DNA from: Ranitomeya imitator
Taxonomy: Eukaryota
Assembly: GCF_032444005.1 (NCBI RefSeq)
Contig: NC_091286.1
Location: 578,708,001-578,772,000 of the forward strand
Length of the DNA stretch: 64,000 bases
Reading direction: 5' to 3'
Shown: positions 13,180-25,330 of the stretch, one piece after another
Layout: every line of letters begins with the position of its first letter
How positions within the stretch are numbered: the first letter of the stretch is position 1
Notes under the pieces: generated by a model
Database searches by the model: none
What the model was told of the DNA's origin: nothing
What the model saw: the letters and a program-made list of their open reading frames with translations, nothing else
Position numbers and translations under genes: made by a program

Positions 13180-13810
13180 TCTCAGGGATAGTACTCATAC
13201 CTATGATATTCTATGGGGTCGTCCGATTTTGATCCGATTGTCTGCTCGAGACATCAGAGTGTGGTCCGATTTTCACGGACAGACAGAACGAAGAAGGTTG
13301 AGAAACTTTTTTTTTTCCTCCCTATCCAAGAAAAACTGATGCCAGTATGAACAGAATAATCGGTTTGTTTTTCTCGGATGTGGAGAAATTGGTTGTGTGA
13401 CGCTACCCTATGGCTTAGTTTACACGATCGTATTTGTGTGAAAAAACGGTCATCACACGGACGGCACTAGGACCAATGTTATTCAATAGGGATGAGAATT
13501 TATTTCACGGACCAAATCCGCGCGTGGAAAAGATGGCAGCATGCATTATTCTCTTCTGAATGTCGGGTGAGACTCGCTTATTCTCGTCTGTGGGGGGAGG
13601 GAAAAAATTGAATCCCATGTAGGTTAGCTGTATTGGAACAGATTTTTATGGATGCATCGCTTTATTAACTGAGGAGAATGTATTTGGTCATGTACATTTT
13701 ATAATGGTGATGTACAAAAAAAAGGATGTTACACAGATGACCATCGAGTTTTCGGGATGAAACTCTGGCAATTATTTATATGATCATGTGAACTTTGCCT
13801 CAGTGAGAAT
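13180..13810. mobile_element. Two abutting Harbinger-type MITEs
   Basis: Junction GTGTGACGCTACCC|TAT|GGCTTAGTTTACACG near 13395-13425; right end CATGTGAACTTTGCC near 13785-13799. Boundaries approximate. Confidence 0.6.
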
Positions 13811-16800
13811 TCACATGCGGCACAATGTCTACAAACGTCATAGTTATGTGAATTGCACTACACTTACCGTATATCTGCCATATGGAAATACACCCTGACG
13901 AGGCCGCACTAACAACGTGCCATGTTACCTAAAGTCTGATATAGCTGCGTGTGACAGGCATTAGGTCCGGTATGCTTCACTTTACATGTTTAGTGGGATC
14001 AGCTGATACGATACAAAGGGTCTCATTTATCACAACTGTCTAACACAAAAACAGTCTTTGTTGCCCAAAGCAACCAATCACAGTACAGCTTTCATTTTTC
14101 CTAAGCAGTTTTAAATATGAAAGCTGAGCTTTCATTGGTTACTATGGGTAACATCTGTTCTTCTGAGAGACCATTTTGTCCTGTTTTATGGGGAAAACGT
14201 TCTATATATGTTGAATCTTACTGATCTAAATCATTGCCTACTTAGAGGTAGAATATGGGGCAGATGTTTTCAAACATGTATTCCCCCCAAAATAAAGCCA
14301 AAACTGTCTTTGTTGCCCATAGCAACCAATCACAGCCCAGTATATTAATGCCGCTCATGGATGCACACATCGCTCCAGGAGGTGACGGTTGTGGGCTTCG
14401 TTCTGTAACAGTCTGCTGACATGAAGCATTTTTGTACCGGTAAAACTCAGACATTAGGTCAGTTTCCGCCACTCATCTCTTTCCCCCGTTAATAAATACA
14501 AGTCTAGGGACAAACAGCCTTTATTAACCCTATGGGCCACCTAATTGGAGATACGCCAAAGATTATTCTGAGGTTGGGCGAGTAACAGTTAAAGCCTGCT
14601 CTGCTGCAACCACAGCGCTCTACATGTCAGAAACCCCAAACATCTGGTGGGAGCTCCTGTGGAGCCTAAACATTGGATCCAGAGCCACATTCCAAAATCA
14701 GACGTACTCAAGTGGCCCTTAATATTAACCCAAGCTGCGCTGCACACTCGCAGTATTAACCCCCATACTCGCAGCACATTTATTCTAGCGGCCAACAAAT
14801 GGTTATTCCCTAAAGAAGTAAAGCAAATTAAGTTATCAAATGGATTCCTACTCCATCCAGCAGATGAAATCAGAATATATGCAAGAAGTATACGGCTTTG
14901 AACTGCGGCCAGCTTCTGCTAATAGCCAAGAAAATAAATAGGACCCAGCTTAACTCGAGTGTATCTGGCCCCACCGGGCTGAAAAACCGCTCACTGCCAT
15001 GGTGGATTGTGAAACTAAATCTGCGGTCATCCCAGTCACCTTAGTTCCCTTATGCCAAGTCAACAGTTGCGATTTGGTGTGGATTCTGTATCCGGATTTT
15101 CATGTGGAAAAAGAGCCCCACACTTTCCATACTTTCTAAAGCGGTGGACTCTGGGAAGATGGCCAGCAGAGTTGGCTCATGCGCAAATGAGGTCTAGGGA
15201 GCGGAGATCTCTGTGCCGAGATCTCAATTTGCGCTTGCGCCACCTCTGGTGGCCATTTTCCTGGAGTCCACAGCATAGAAGAGTATGGAAAGTGCGGGGC
15301 TCCAGCCTTTCACAAAATGCTGGCGGAGATTCCCGCACCGCTTAACACCTCGTCTTACCAGCCTGGGGCCCCTGCTTCCTCTGCCGCCAGAAGCTTCCTG
15401 CAGCGGCGACCCTGGGACCCCGCTCCACCGCAGCTAGTAAGCTCCACTGCAGCTACAAATTTGGGGTAAAAAAGTGAGTCTCCGAAAAATACGGTAAGTA
15501 AATTAGATTGCTTCCATTTTTTTCATTGCATTTGAGTGCTTTTTTATCACATTTATGATGCTGCGGTTTCTTGCTCAGCTGCTTTATTTTTGATATTTCC
15601 TAGTATTTGGCTTTGATAAAACTATGTGCTGATTTCATGCATCTTTAGTTTGTGTCTGCCGTGGAAACACTTAAAACGTAAGTGCCTTTTGTACTTGAAG
15701 GTTTTCTGCACCTAATGGAAGTCTATGGAGAAAATCTGCACATAACTCCGTGTACCCACAAGAGAAATTGGCATGTTGTGGATTTGAAACACGCACCACG
15801 GGTCAGTTTACACAACGTATAAAAAAAAAAAAAAAAAACACGGGGCGGGAGTTCTATAAATCCCATCCACTTTGCTGGAAGTGTGAGGCGCTGCTTTTCG
15901 ACGCAGCAAAAATACAGTGTCAAAGCTCATCGAAAACTCATTTTGGGCACGTACCCTAAGGTTATGACACAGGAGTTGGATAAGCAATAAGTTTCAGATG
16001 GAAAATAATACAAAGATTACTATAGCCGCAGTAAAAAACAGAGTCTAAATTCACATAACTCAGTCACTTTCCACTTCAGATTTTGCAAAATATTATCTAC
16101 ACAATTTGTAGAGAAAATCTATCACGGAAATTGGCCGGTTCTGAGGATTTGAAGTCGGCAGTCAATTTATTCTGCGGATTGAACTGGGCCATGAAATGTG
16201 AAGAGTTTATTTGTTGCTGCAGATTTCCCAGTATAGAACATTAAACTTCGCAACTGGTCCCCATCAGCCAAATTCATACATTAAAATCTTGCTCCAATTT
16301 TCATACGTAGCTCAATACTTTTTTTTTTCTTATATATATCCATCTAACTAAAAGCAGTCAGATTTGTGGATTCTGCCCCACAGATGGTTTCCCAAAGAAG
16401 GAAAACATCACAGTACCTTTAGCCTTGTCAAAAGGATTTAAAATGTATAAAACAGATCATCGGGTTATGGCCGGGGCCCCTGTAATGTCATCGGCACATG
16501 CCGGCTAATGGGGAGGTTTGTGGTTGGAGGCGTCAATATGTCACGCTGTAAATGACCAGCAAGATTGTCTCCATCTGCAGAAAGAGTCCATGCGTTTTCC
16601 ATTATCAGCATCCCCTCACTGATTTCTGTGGAATGATCTGGACAGGAACAATGCCAGGAACGCAGATGAATTCCTTGTTGGTAGGCGGACACAGTACGCG
16701 GGAGTGTCTACTCTCCGCCACTCACAAAAAGGCAGTGAAAAACAACTCAAGTACCCAAAGCCTCCCCCTTTCTTACCACTGGCGTCTGCTCAAAAACTAG

Positions 16801-17689
16801 AAAAACGGTGGTTTATCTACTGTATGAATCAATTTTTTCCTCCATAAACAGCTCTCCTTTGTAACAAATGGGTCATTAGTATATAGCTGAACGCCATATG
16901 ATCTGGACCCAGATTTGTCCCCTTATCGGCCACTTTAAATGTACCCAGATTACCGTGAGGGAGAAAGTGTCATTTGGGTTTCCTTTAAATCCCTTTTTGG
17001 AGCACATTTTTTTTTCCACTAATGCGATTTGTGTGAAATTTAGAAAATGTTGCACAGCAGGTGATATATTTTGCACAGTTATGAGACACTATTGACCATA
17101 GCTCGTCTAATGGGATCCCCTAATTAATAGGACTGTAAACAAGCACAAGAATCCTTTTGGTGATTAGGGTATATCACCACAAATGGCATTTTAGAAGACA
17201 AAATAAATGCAGGCTGTGAAACCCTGAGGGAATACTTACAAGGTGTATGGAGTCGGTGACATGTCCCTCCACCCCGCTGCGGGTTTTGTCCATATTTCTT
17301 CAGGGGGCGTGTCGGGAAACAGGTAGACCAGGACCTACGAACCCCCATGTGACCAATGGGCTGCCGAGTAGAGTGTCGTGTGTGTAGTTAGGGTTACCAT
17401 GGAGAAGGACGCGGCACGCTATTTCCTTTTCCAGGAACTGACTCATCATCTCCGGCAGTTGGACCGCAAGCTCGCAGGCGGCCATGGTTACAGCCGCTGT
17501 GCATGCCAGCTAGCCCCGATGTGCCAAAGACAAATCAAGTCTGAGAGCAGTCAGGAGAGACAGGTGTGCACTATTCCAGGTAAATCCAACAAGTTGACAT
17601 TAGTATGTTATGGGAGCCTTGGGGCCCATCAGCGCTGGTTTCACTCGGCCCACCTTTGGACGTAATTAACACCTGGAGAAAGTGATAAC

Positions 17690-18090
17690 TGCGGCTATTC
17701 TCTCACTTGTGCCAGATATTCGATTTGTTCGAAGGAGAGAATATAGAGCGAGCCAAGTGTCTTCATGAGCCATTCTAAGCCTTCTCCATACGGTCTTCTT
17801 CCCATCATTCTGGTATAGCTCATCGCTTCGTCTGTCCAAAGAATGCTTTTCTACACCTGGAACGGTTTCCTTACATGTTTTTGGCAAAGTCTAATCTGAC
17901 CTTTCATTTTTTTAAGGCTGATTAATGGTTTGCACCTTGTGGTGAAAACCCTCTAGTAACTCTCAAAGTCTTCTCTTTATGGTAACTTCGATACTGAAAC
18001 GCCTACTTCATGGAGAGTGTTCTTCACTTCGGTGGATGTTATGAAGAGATTTTTCTTCACCATGGAAAGGATTCTGCCTACAGTTGGCGC
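17690..18090 (-). mobile_element. Old Tc1 transposase relic (central part)
   Basis: ORF 17666-17887(-) contains ...ELYQNDGKKTVWRR..., resembling Tc1 INLYQNDGKKKVWRR. Related Tc1 sequence resumes at 25033. Confidence 0.7.
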
Positions 18091-18498
18091 CCAAATCTTA
18101 CTTCCTAAGGGTACGTTCACATTTGCGGTTTGCGCCGCAGCGTCGCCGCAACAAAACGCATGCGTCGTGCGGGCCTATCTTTAACATTGGCGCCGCATGG
18201 GGCCGCATGTGCATGCGTTGTGTTGCGTTGTGTTGCGTTTAACGCCGCATGCGGCGTTAGGGCGCACCTGTCTGGGCGCGGCAAACGCAACATGTTGCAT
18301 TTTTCTGGCGGCGCCGACCTTTTAAAAAACGCATGCGTCGTGTTTGCGTCGTCGATGCGCCTTTTTTCCCATTGACTTGTATTGACAACGCAGACGACGC
18401 AAGTACTTGCGTCGTGGTGCGTTGTACGACGCATGCGTTTTCCAATAAAAAATGCAAAACATTGTCTAGACTTTGTCTAGACACAAAAAAAACAACCT

Positions 18499-18587
18499 AT
18501 ATATATAAAGAAACGAGGGGTTTGCCATTGTCTTTCACAAGTCATCACACAAGACAAGACTGAGAGGAGAATCTGCTTTCCAAACTT
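18499..18587 (+). promoter_or_regulatory. Putative TATA promoter and non-coding first exon of the Harbinger Myb-like gene
   Basis: TATATATAAAG near 18499-18510; donor CTT|gtaagt at 18588; T-rich 1.1-kb intron to acceptor tttcatgccag at 19721. Inference only. Confidence 0.4.
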
Positions 18588-19736
18588 GTAAGTATATATT
18601 TCTCTTTGCACATTTTGTATTCTGTGTTTTATTTCTTGATTTGTCTATATTTTTGCAATGTTTGGTCTGTGCTATTACGGTTATGGGTTGTTATAGAAAA
18701 ATTGTTTTTCTGGTTCTGATGTTTTTCTGGGTTAATATGATTGCATTTATTGTCTTTTGATTTTTTTTTTTTTTTTTTTTTACGTTAGTTTGGGTTTGGT
18801 TATGTGTTTTGTTCTTGTGTCATGTGGTTGTTCAATGTATTGATTTTTGCTCATTTTGTCTTGTAAAATTTCTGGTGCATGTTTTTCTAGTTTCTATTGT
18901 TGGTAGTAACTGTGTGGCATTTTCTTGGCTCGTGTCTTGCTGTGTTTTGGATTCTGCTGTTGGCTTTATTTTTTCTTTCCTTGAGTGTATTTTCTTGCTG
19001 GTGGGGGGGCAACATTTATGATATCTTTGTATTGTGTAGTTCCGTGCTGCTATGCCATTATAGTTTCAATTGTACTTTCCCTTTATTTTAAAAAATATCG
19101 CTGATGTTTTTACGTCGTTTTCCGTATGGCATATATCTTCCTTCATTGACTGATTGCATTGCGAAGTGTGTAGTATAATTTTTATTTGTTTATATTATTT
19201 TTGGTGGTGGCCTTTTTTAAAAATTCCATGTGTTTTCTTTTCTATTTGGCTATGGTTTATCTTTGGATTGCTGTATATTTTTACAGCGGTTGTCCCGTAA
19301 TGTTTATTGCTTGTTATCTAGAATGGTTTTTATTGCCTTTTGTCTTTCTGTGGTTAGATGTCACAAGATGTTGTTTTTTAGGATCATGTCTTGTTGCAAT
19401 TGTAAAGTATGGCGTTCATTATTTTGCTCTTTCATTGTACTTTTTGTGCCTGTAATGTTTTTTCCGAAAGTTTTGATATGTACAATTTGGGACATAGGTG
19501 TCTATTTTTGCTTTTTGGTTTGGGTCTATTCTTGTATAGTTTCTTCTATTGATTGTCTTCTCTTGCAATGTATGGCGTTGTGGTGTCCCTTTCTTATTTT
19601 TGCATTGTCCGATCAGTCAAAAGTCAATTGTGGTTGTTGTAAAAATTTTTGGGCCTATTTTATTGTATGTGCCATATTTAGGTTTAGTTTTGATTTTTTT
19701 TTTGTCATTTTTTCATGCCAGAACAAACGTGCTAGA

Positions 19737-22529
19737 ATGGCCACTGTGTCTGAATCGAGCCAATCGGCGCAGGGGAGTGTGGTGAGTAATTATGTCAATT
19801 TCCTTACTATTCGCTGTCATTTGTAGTTTTTAAAATAATTTCTTTATACAATTTTTACAGGCTTCTTCAAGTGAGGGTGAAGGAAGTCAGCGGGAGCAGA
19901 GAGGTCAGGGCCAAGGTGTGGCGTCAGGACGGCAAGTGAGTATTTTTTTTTAAACAATTTTTTTTTTTTTTTTTGATTAGCATCCTGCTTTCACTAGGGA
20001 TGTTTAGTAAGCTTACATTCAAACTTTTCAGGGTAGCAAGTATTGGGGGAAGGTAACAAAGGTGAAACTTACAGAACCAAAACATTCAAAAATACAGGTG
20101 TAGAAACCATCAATATACATATATCAAATGACAAAGGATAGGGCCAAGGTACATATCATGACAGGTGCTGGTGGTTGTTAATATTTGCATATTTGTAACC
20201 TTTTCTGTTTGTAATTTTTCTAGGTTTCACAACGGGACCATGGAGTCATTGATGTGGAGCTCCTCATATCAAGCATCCAGGAGCGTGGCCCGTTGTGGGA
20301 CAGCCGTGACTCCCGGCACATGGACCAGGTGGTGTTGAGGCGTTTGTGGGTAGAGGTGGCAAAGTCGCTGTGGGAGGGCTTTGACATAGCTCCTGCCAAG
20401 GACAAAGCCAACTTTGGTGAGTATTGCTGATGCGCCGTGCAGATACGCTGCTATGACCCACCATCTTTCCAGGATAAACACAACCGTGTGTGATGCAATA
20501 AAGGCCCAAAGGTTTGCATCGCACACGGTTGTTTTATCCATTTCAAATGCTACATATGTAACCTTTTTTTTTCTTTTGCATTCACAGTTAAAAGGTTGAG
20601 GATCAGATGGCGATCCATCAAGGACCGTTTCAATAAGGGGATACGGGCAGAGGAGGAGCGCTCGAAGAGTGGTGCTGCTGCGGCCAAGTCTGTGCCCTAT
20701 AAATATTCCAAATGTTTACAGTTCTTAAGACCAGTCCTTGGCCGCCGTCAGTAAGTATTTTGTCCACAAAACATATTGCACAGCCCCATTACAGTGCCCA
20801 GCCACATAGCCTACTGCACAAACACATAGTACATTGCCCAGCCACGTACATTGTGCATCCACATAGTATATTGGCAGGTAACAATATCGCAGCCACATAG
20901 CACACGTTCTAGCCACGTATCCACATAGTATATTTCCCAGGCACATACTGTATTGCCCATCCATGTAGTCAGCGTAACATATTGGCCATCCACGTAAATG
21001 TATCCCTATTAAAATGCTATATAGGCCATTAGTTAATTTTTTGGGTTAAGCGTGAGTCCTTGTAGTCCATGACAGGTTAAGTGCTGAGTCAGGGTAGTTC
21101 TGATTGCAGGAATAATGATGAAGTCTCGATCACATGATCCTAACATCATGGTCGTTCCTGCAATCAGATCAGTGAAATCACTGTTTTTTTTTTTGTTTTT
21201 TTTTATCTTGACATTAAATTTTCAACTATTTTTGCGGCATATAGGCAGCTTCCAGAAAGAGTTTTCGATTACAAAATTTTTGTACCCACAGTGGTATGCG
21301 GTCAAAAGGCTTTGGCAGCGGGAATGTTCATGATTGTTATCGTCGGCCCTAATGGTCAGCTGGCGATAACAATCAGAAATTAATTATTGGTCACACAGAC
21401 TGTGAGACCGAGGATTTGTATTATTGTGTAATGTAATGCTATTTTTATTCCAGGAGTTGGCGTATGGGAGAGGTTACTCAGTGAAGACTAATTTTTCCAT
21501 TATCTTTTCACAGGACACACAGCAGCACCCTCGAGAGAGCTCGCCCTGCAGAAGCGGTCCTTCATGAATCGCCATCTGATCCATCACAGCCCTCCCACAG
21601 CGACAGCAGGCTTGCACCGCCATCTGGAGAACCGGCAGCCGGTACATCAGGTGTTCCCCTGGCCGAGGCCTCTGGCGCACCTTCGTTTGGGTATTCCCGA
21701 CAGCGCCAGCGGGCCTCGGACAGGCCAACCATGCCCGAATTTTTGCATTTGAGCACGGTTTTCCAGAACTGTTTCAAGGCGTTGAGCGATAACATGGACA
21801 CTCGTCTGTCCAATATCGACCGGCGCCTTGAAACAATTGAAACCGAGCTCTCAAATCCGGCAAAACATTTTTTTAGTACCATTGCTAAGGGCATGGTGGA
21901 ACACCTTACGCCGGAACTACAGATTTCAGTGATGCAGGCCTGCAACACTACCTACGTGAGGGCTCTCCAGCAGGCTGGGGTCATGCAGTCAGCGACAATG
22001 GCAGTAGTGCCGTCGCTGGCAAGCATGACTCCCACTCCTGCTGGAGAGCCACTCCAGCCACCCCACCGTGGTCCACGTGCCGAGCGACGCCACCACAGGC
22101 ACCATAACATAGTGCCGCCGACTCCTGCTCCTGCCATGCCTTCATCCTCCCGTAGGCGTCATCATGCTGGGGGAGCTGCAACAGGACCCAAAAAAAAAAA
22201 AAAAAAAAAAGAGGAAACACAGACGGGCCAACACAGAGGCTCTGGCTGCTGTTCCAGTGCAGACACCATCTGTCCGTAGGGGCTCGAGTCGCAGTAGGAG
22301 CAGCCAGGGCCAAACAAGGCTTGTGTTGCCTCCTCCCTCCCCTACAGAGGTGGCGGTTTCCTCCCCAGTATACCCTGGGGAGGGTTTGGATCTACCATCC
22401 AGTCTACTTGACTATGTATCCTCCTCTTCGCCATCATCGTCATCTTCACCATCATCCTCCCCTTCCTCTCCCCATTCCAAAGAAGACACCTACCATTCCC
22501 CACTGGTGGCACAGGTGGAAACCCCCTAA
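19737..22529 (+). CDS. Harbinger Myb/SANT-like (MADF) DNA-binding protein; coding exons 19737-19781, 19861-19935, 20224-20416, 20588-20750, 21514-22529
   Basis: All GT-AG junctions are phase-compatible (0,0,1,2). MADF signature LISSIQERGPLWD...RLWVEVA...RIRWRSIKDRF...PYKY..LQFL; BESS-like FFSTIAKGMVEHLTPELQ. One apparent +1 frameshift in the A21 run at 22190-22210; removing one A gives ~496 aa. Confidence 0.85.
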
Positions 22530-23311
22530 GTTTAATAACCCATTTTTTTTTCTGTTTTCCCCCCAATAAAAAATTTTTGTTTTAAAAAACACTATTTGTT
22601 ATTATTTTTGCTATTATTTTCCAGAATTTATCTCGGCAAATCACGCCATGTGCTGTCTACACATATTTTGTGCTTCAAACACCTCATATATGCAATGTCA
22701 GACACTATTTTTACAATTTTTAGTTTGCCTTTTTTTGGGTGTCTCTCATTGCTGTATGAGGTGTTCACAAACACTAAAGTGTATGAGGTGTTCACACTTA
22801 ATGCAGCAGCGAAACAGACAATGATGCAGATCACTGCAGCGTCGCTGATTGGTCCCTGGAGAGCTGTCACAGACATCTCTCCAGCGAACAACGATGCAGA
22901 GGCCCACGTGTAACCAGGGTAAACATCATGTTGATAAGCGCAGGGCCACGCTTCAGATATTTACCCTGGTTTCAATTGGAAAACATCGCTGTTATCGTTG
23001 CTTATCAGGTAAAACACAAAGATACAGGTCGATCAGACAAACAAGTATATGTAATGTTATGGTATAAAAATGCTTTTTGAATCGGTATAGAATTTAAAAA
23101 CTTTTTTATTTAATATTTTAAAAACAACAGGTTCAAATTTTTTATAGGAACATTAAATTTGTGAACTATACTTAGATGCAAAATTTGAAATATACAAAAC
23201 CAACCTAAACGGAACTTTTATTGCACATTTAACAGAAAATTACTTTTTTTTTTATATATTTTTAACTGTCACAGTAGAGGTATTATTGGTGTAGTTACAA
23301 TCAGAAGACAG

Positions 23312-24680
23312 CTACACCATTTGATCTTGCCATGACACACGGCCAACATCGGACACAAAATAGGCCGCAAAACGATCACGCATCTGCGCAATTTCCACAC
23401 TTGTCCTCAGAGGATGATCATGGTAATCGGGCAAGGGGTTGGCTATGGGTTCATCCAGTTCAACATTTATTCTCTCTTTGGCCATAATGAAATTGTGGAG
23501 AACCACACAAGCCTTCATCACCTCATCCACTGTTTCAATTTTAAGATTAATGGCCGATCCCAATATCCGCCATTTGGAAACAAGGATGCCAAAGGCGCAC
23601 TCCACAGTCCTTCTGGCCCTGGACAGTCTGTAATTGAAAACCCTTTTTGTATGGTCCAAGCCCCGACTGGAGTAGGGTTTCAATAGGTTGGCAGACATTT
23701 GGAATGCCTCATCCCCTACCACAACAAATAGCATCGCAGGGCCTTCAGTGTGGGGAAGAGGTCGTGGCTGTGGGAAATTAAAATTGTTTCCATATAATTT
23801 TTGGCCCATATCCGACTCTTTAAATGTGCGCGAGTCATTTGCACGCCCAAATGCACCAATGTCCACTGCGAGAAAACGGCAGTCCGCACCGGCAATTGCC
23901 ATGAGAACAGTTGAAAAGTATTTTTTATAATTGTAGAAAAGAGATCCACTTTTCGCAGGCTTGGTAATCCGAATGTGCTTTCCATCGACTGCGCCAATAC
24001 AGTTTGGAAAATTACACACTTGGTTGAATTTCTGTGCGTTGGCCTCTCAGATTTCGCTAGTAGGGACAGGTAAATATTCCTCCCGGAGATTATCCCACAA
24101 AGCGCGGCATGTCTCTGCAATAATTCCTGAAAGTGTGGAGACTCCAATCCGGAATTGAAAATGAAGTGACCTCAACGTTTCTCCGGTAGCCAGGAAACTG
24201 CAAAGAAGATAAAGAAATTTAGAATAAAGCACATTATAATTTATAAAAGTACATTGACCATTACAATTTAAAAAAATTAATAAAATAAAATAAAAAGTAA
24301 ATACATATCACAGTCATTCAAACAGCAACGTACCGTAGAGTCACCAGCAGCCGTTCCTCTGCGGAAATAGCTCTCCGGAGCTGCGTATCCTGCCTGCTAA
24401 TGGATCCTTCCACCCGACGCAGAAGATAGCGGAAGCTGTCCTGTGACATCCTGGTATATTCGAAATATTTTTCCCGGTTGTCATTCAGTTCGCCAAACAA
24501 GCAATGGTATGCTCCACGACTCTCCCGGACTTCAACTATAGGGTGGATCCAAAAGCGGCGACGACTCCATCTCCGTTTTTCCCTTTCCCTTTCATTAAAA
24601 CAGGCAACAGCATAGGCATGAGCCAAGGCAAATTCCATCTCCATATCCATGTAGATACTGTTCATGGTTCGCTCCATCAT
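23312..24680 (-). pseudogene. Harbinger DDE transposase (HARBI1-family), exons 24680-24334 and 24197-23312, one nonsense codon
   Basis: RRFWIHP, EERLLVTLR|FLATG (136-nt GT-AG intron), GAVDGKHIRI, GDEAF and RARRTVECAFGIL give the D-D-E triad. TGA at 24047-24049 sits where W is expected (EI*EANAQKF); otherwise open, ~410 codons. Confidence 0.93.
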
Positions 24681-25032
24681 GAATACCAGCAAAATGGGAG
24701 GAATTCATCTCTGCCAGGGTATATACACATTTGTATAACACCAACCCTCTTCTAGCCATTGGTGGTTCTTTATCGATTGTGTAGACACTTTTTATTGTGG
24801 GTGGGGGATGATGAATGACTCACTGCACTAAAAACGCATGCGTCTAAAAACGCTGCGTTTTTTGGTAAAAACGCAACTGCGTTTCAAAAACCCGCAGCGT
24901 TTTGCGACGCATGCGTTGAACGCATGCGGCGCAAAACGCTGCGTTGTACATGCGTTTTGATGCGTTTTTGTTTGCGTTGTGCGTTGCGGCGACGACGCTG
25001 CGGCGCACAACGCAAATATGAACTTAGAGTAA

Positions 25033-25330
25033 GCTCTATTTTTTGTAGAGTGTTCCAAACTGTTGATTTGGCCACTCCTAGCATTACTGTTCTCTTTCTG
25101 ATGGATTTATCCTTTTTTCAACCTAATGATGGTCTGTTTCTCTTCCACTGAGAACTCCTTCGACTGCATCATGTTGGTTCACAGCAACAGCTTTCATATG
25201 CAAATGACAAACCCAGAATCAGCTCCAGAACTTTTACCTGCTTAATTGATGATGGATTAACAAGGGAATAGCCCATGCAGCCCATGAAAGAACTTTTGAG
25301 AGGCAGCTATACATTAAAGAGTTGTAATTT
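25033..25330 (-). mobile_element. Tc1 relic, 5' part (continuation of the 17690-18090 relic)
   Basis: CCAAACTGTTGATTTGGCCACTCC...GAGAACTCCTTCGACTGCATC, typical reverse-strand Tc1 N-terminal region. Confidence 0.65.

Larger units (their letters stand above)
18109..25029. mobile_element. PIF/Harbinger transposon, autonomous-type, near intact (~6.9 kb)
   Basis: Left end TAA|GGGTACGTTCACATTTGCG; right end CGCAAATATGAACTTAGAG|TAA (outer bases diverged). Long subterminal inverted similarity. Encloses convergent Myb/MADF and DDE transposase genes. Confidence 0.92.

Noticed and set aside
18809-19826. Hydrophobic F/L/C/V-rich ORFs that look like membrane proteins
   Set aside because: Compositional artefact of the very T-rich Harbinger intron; only the last residues overlap the real Myb exon.
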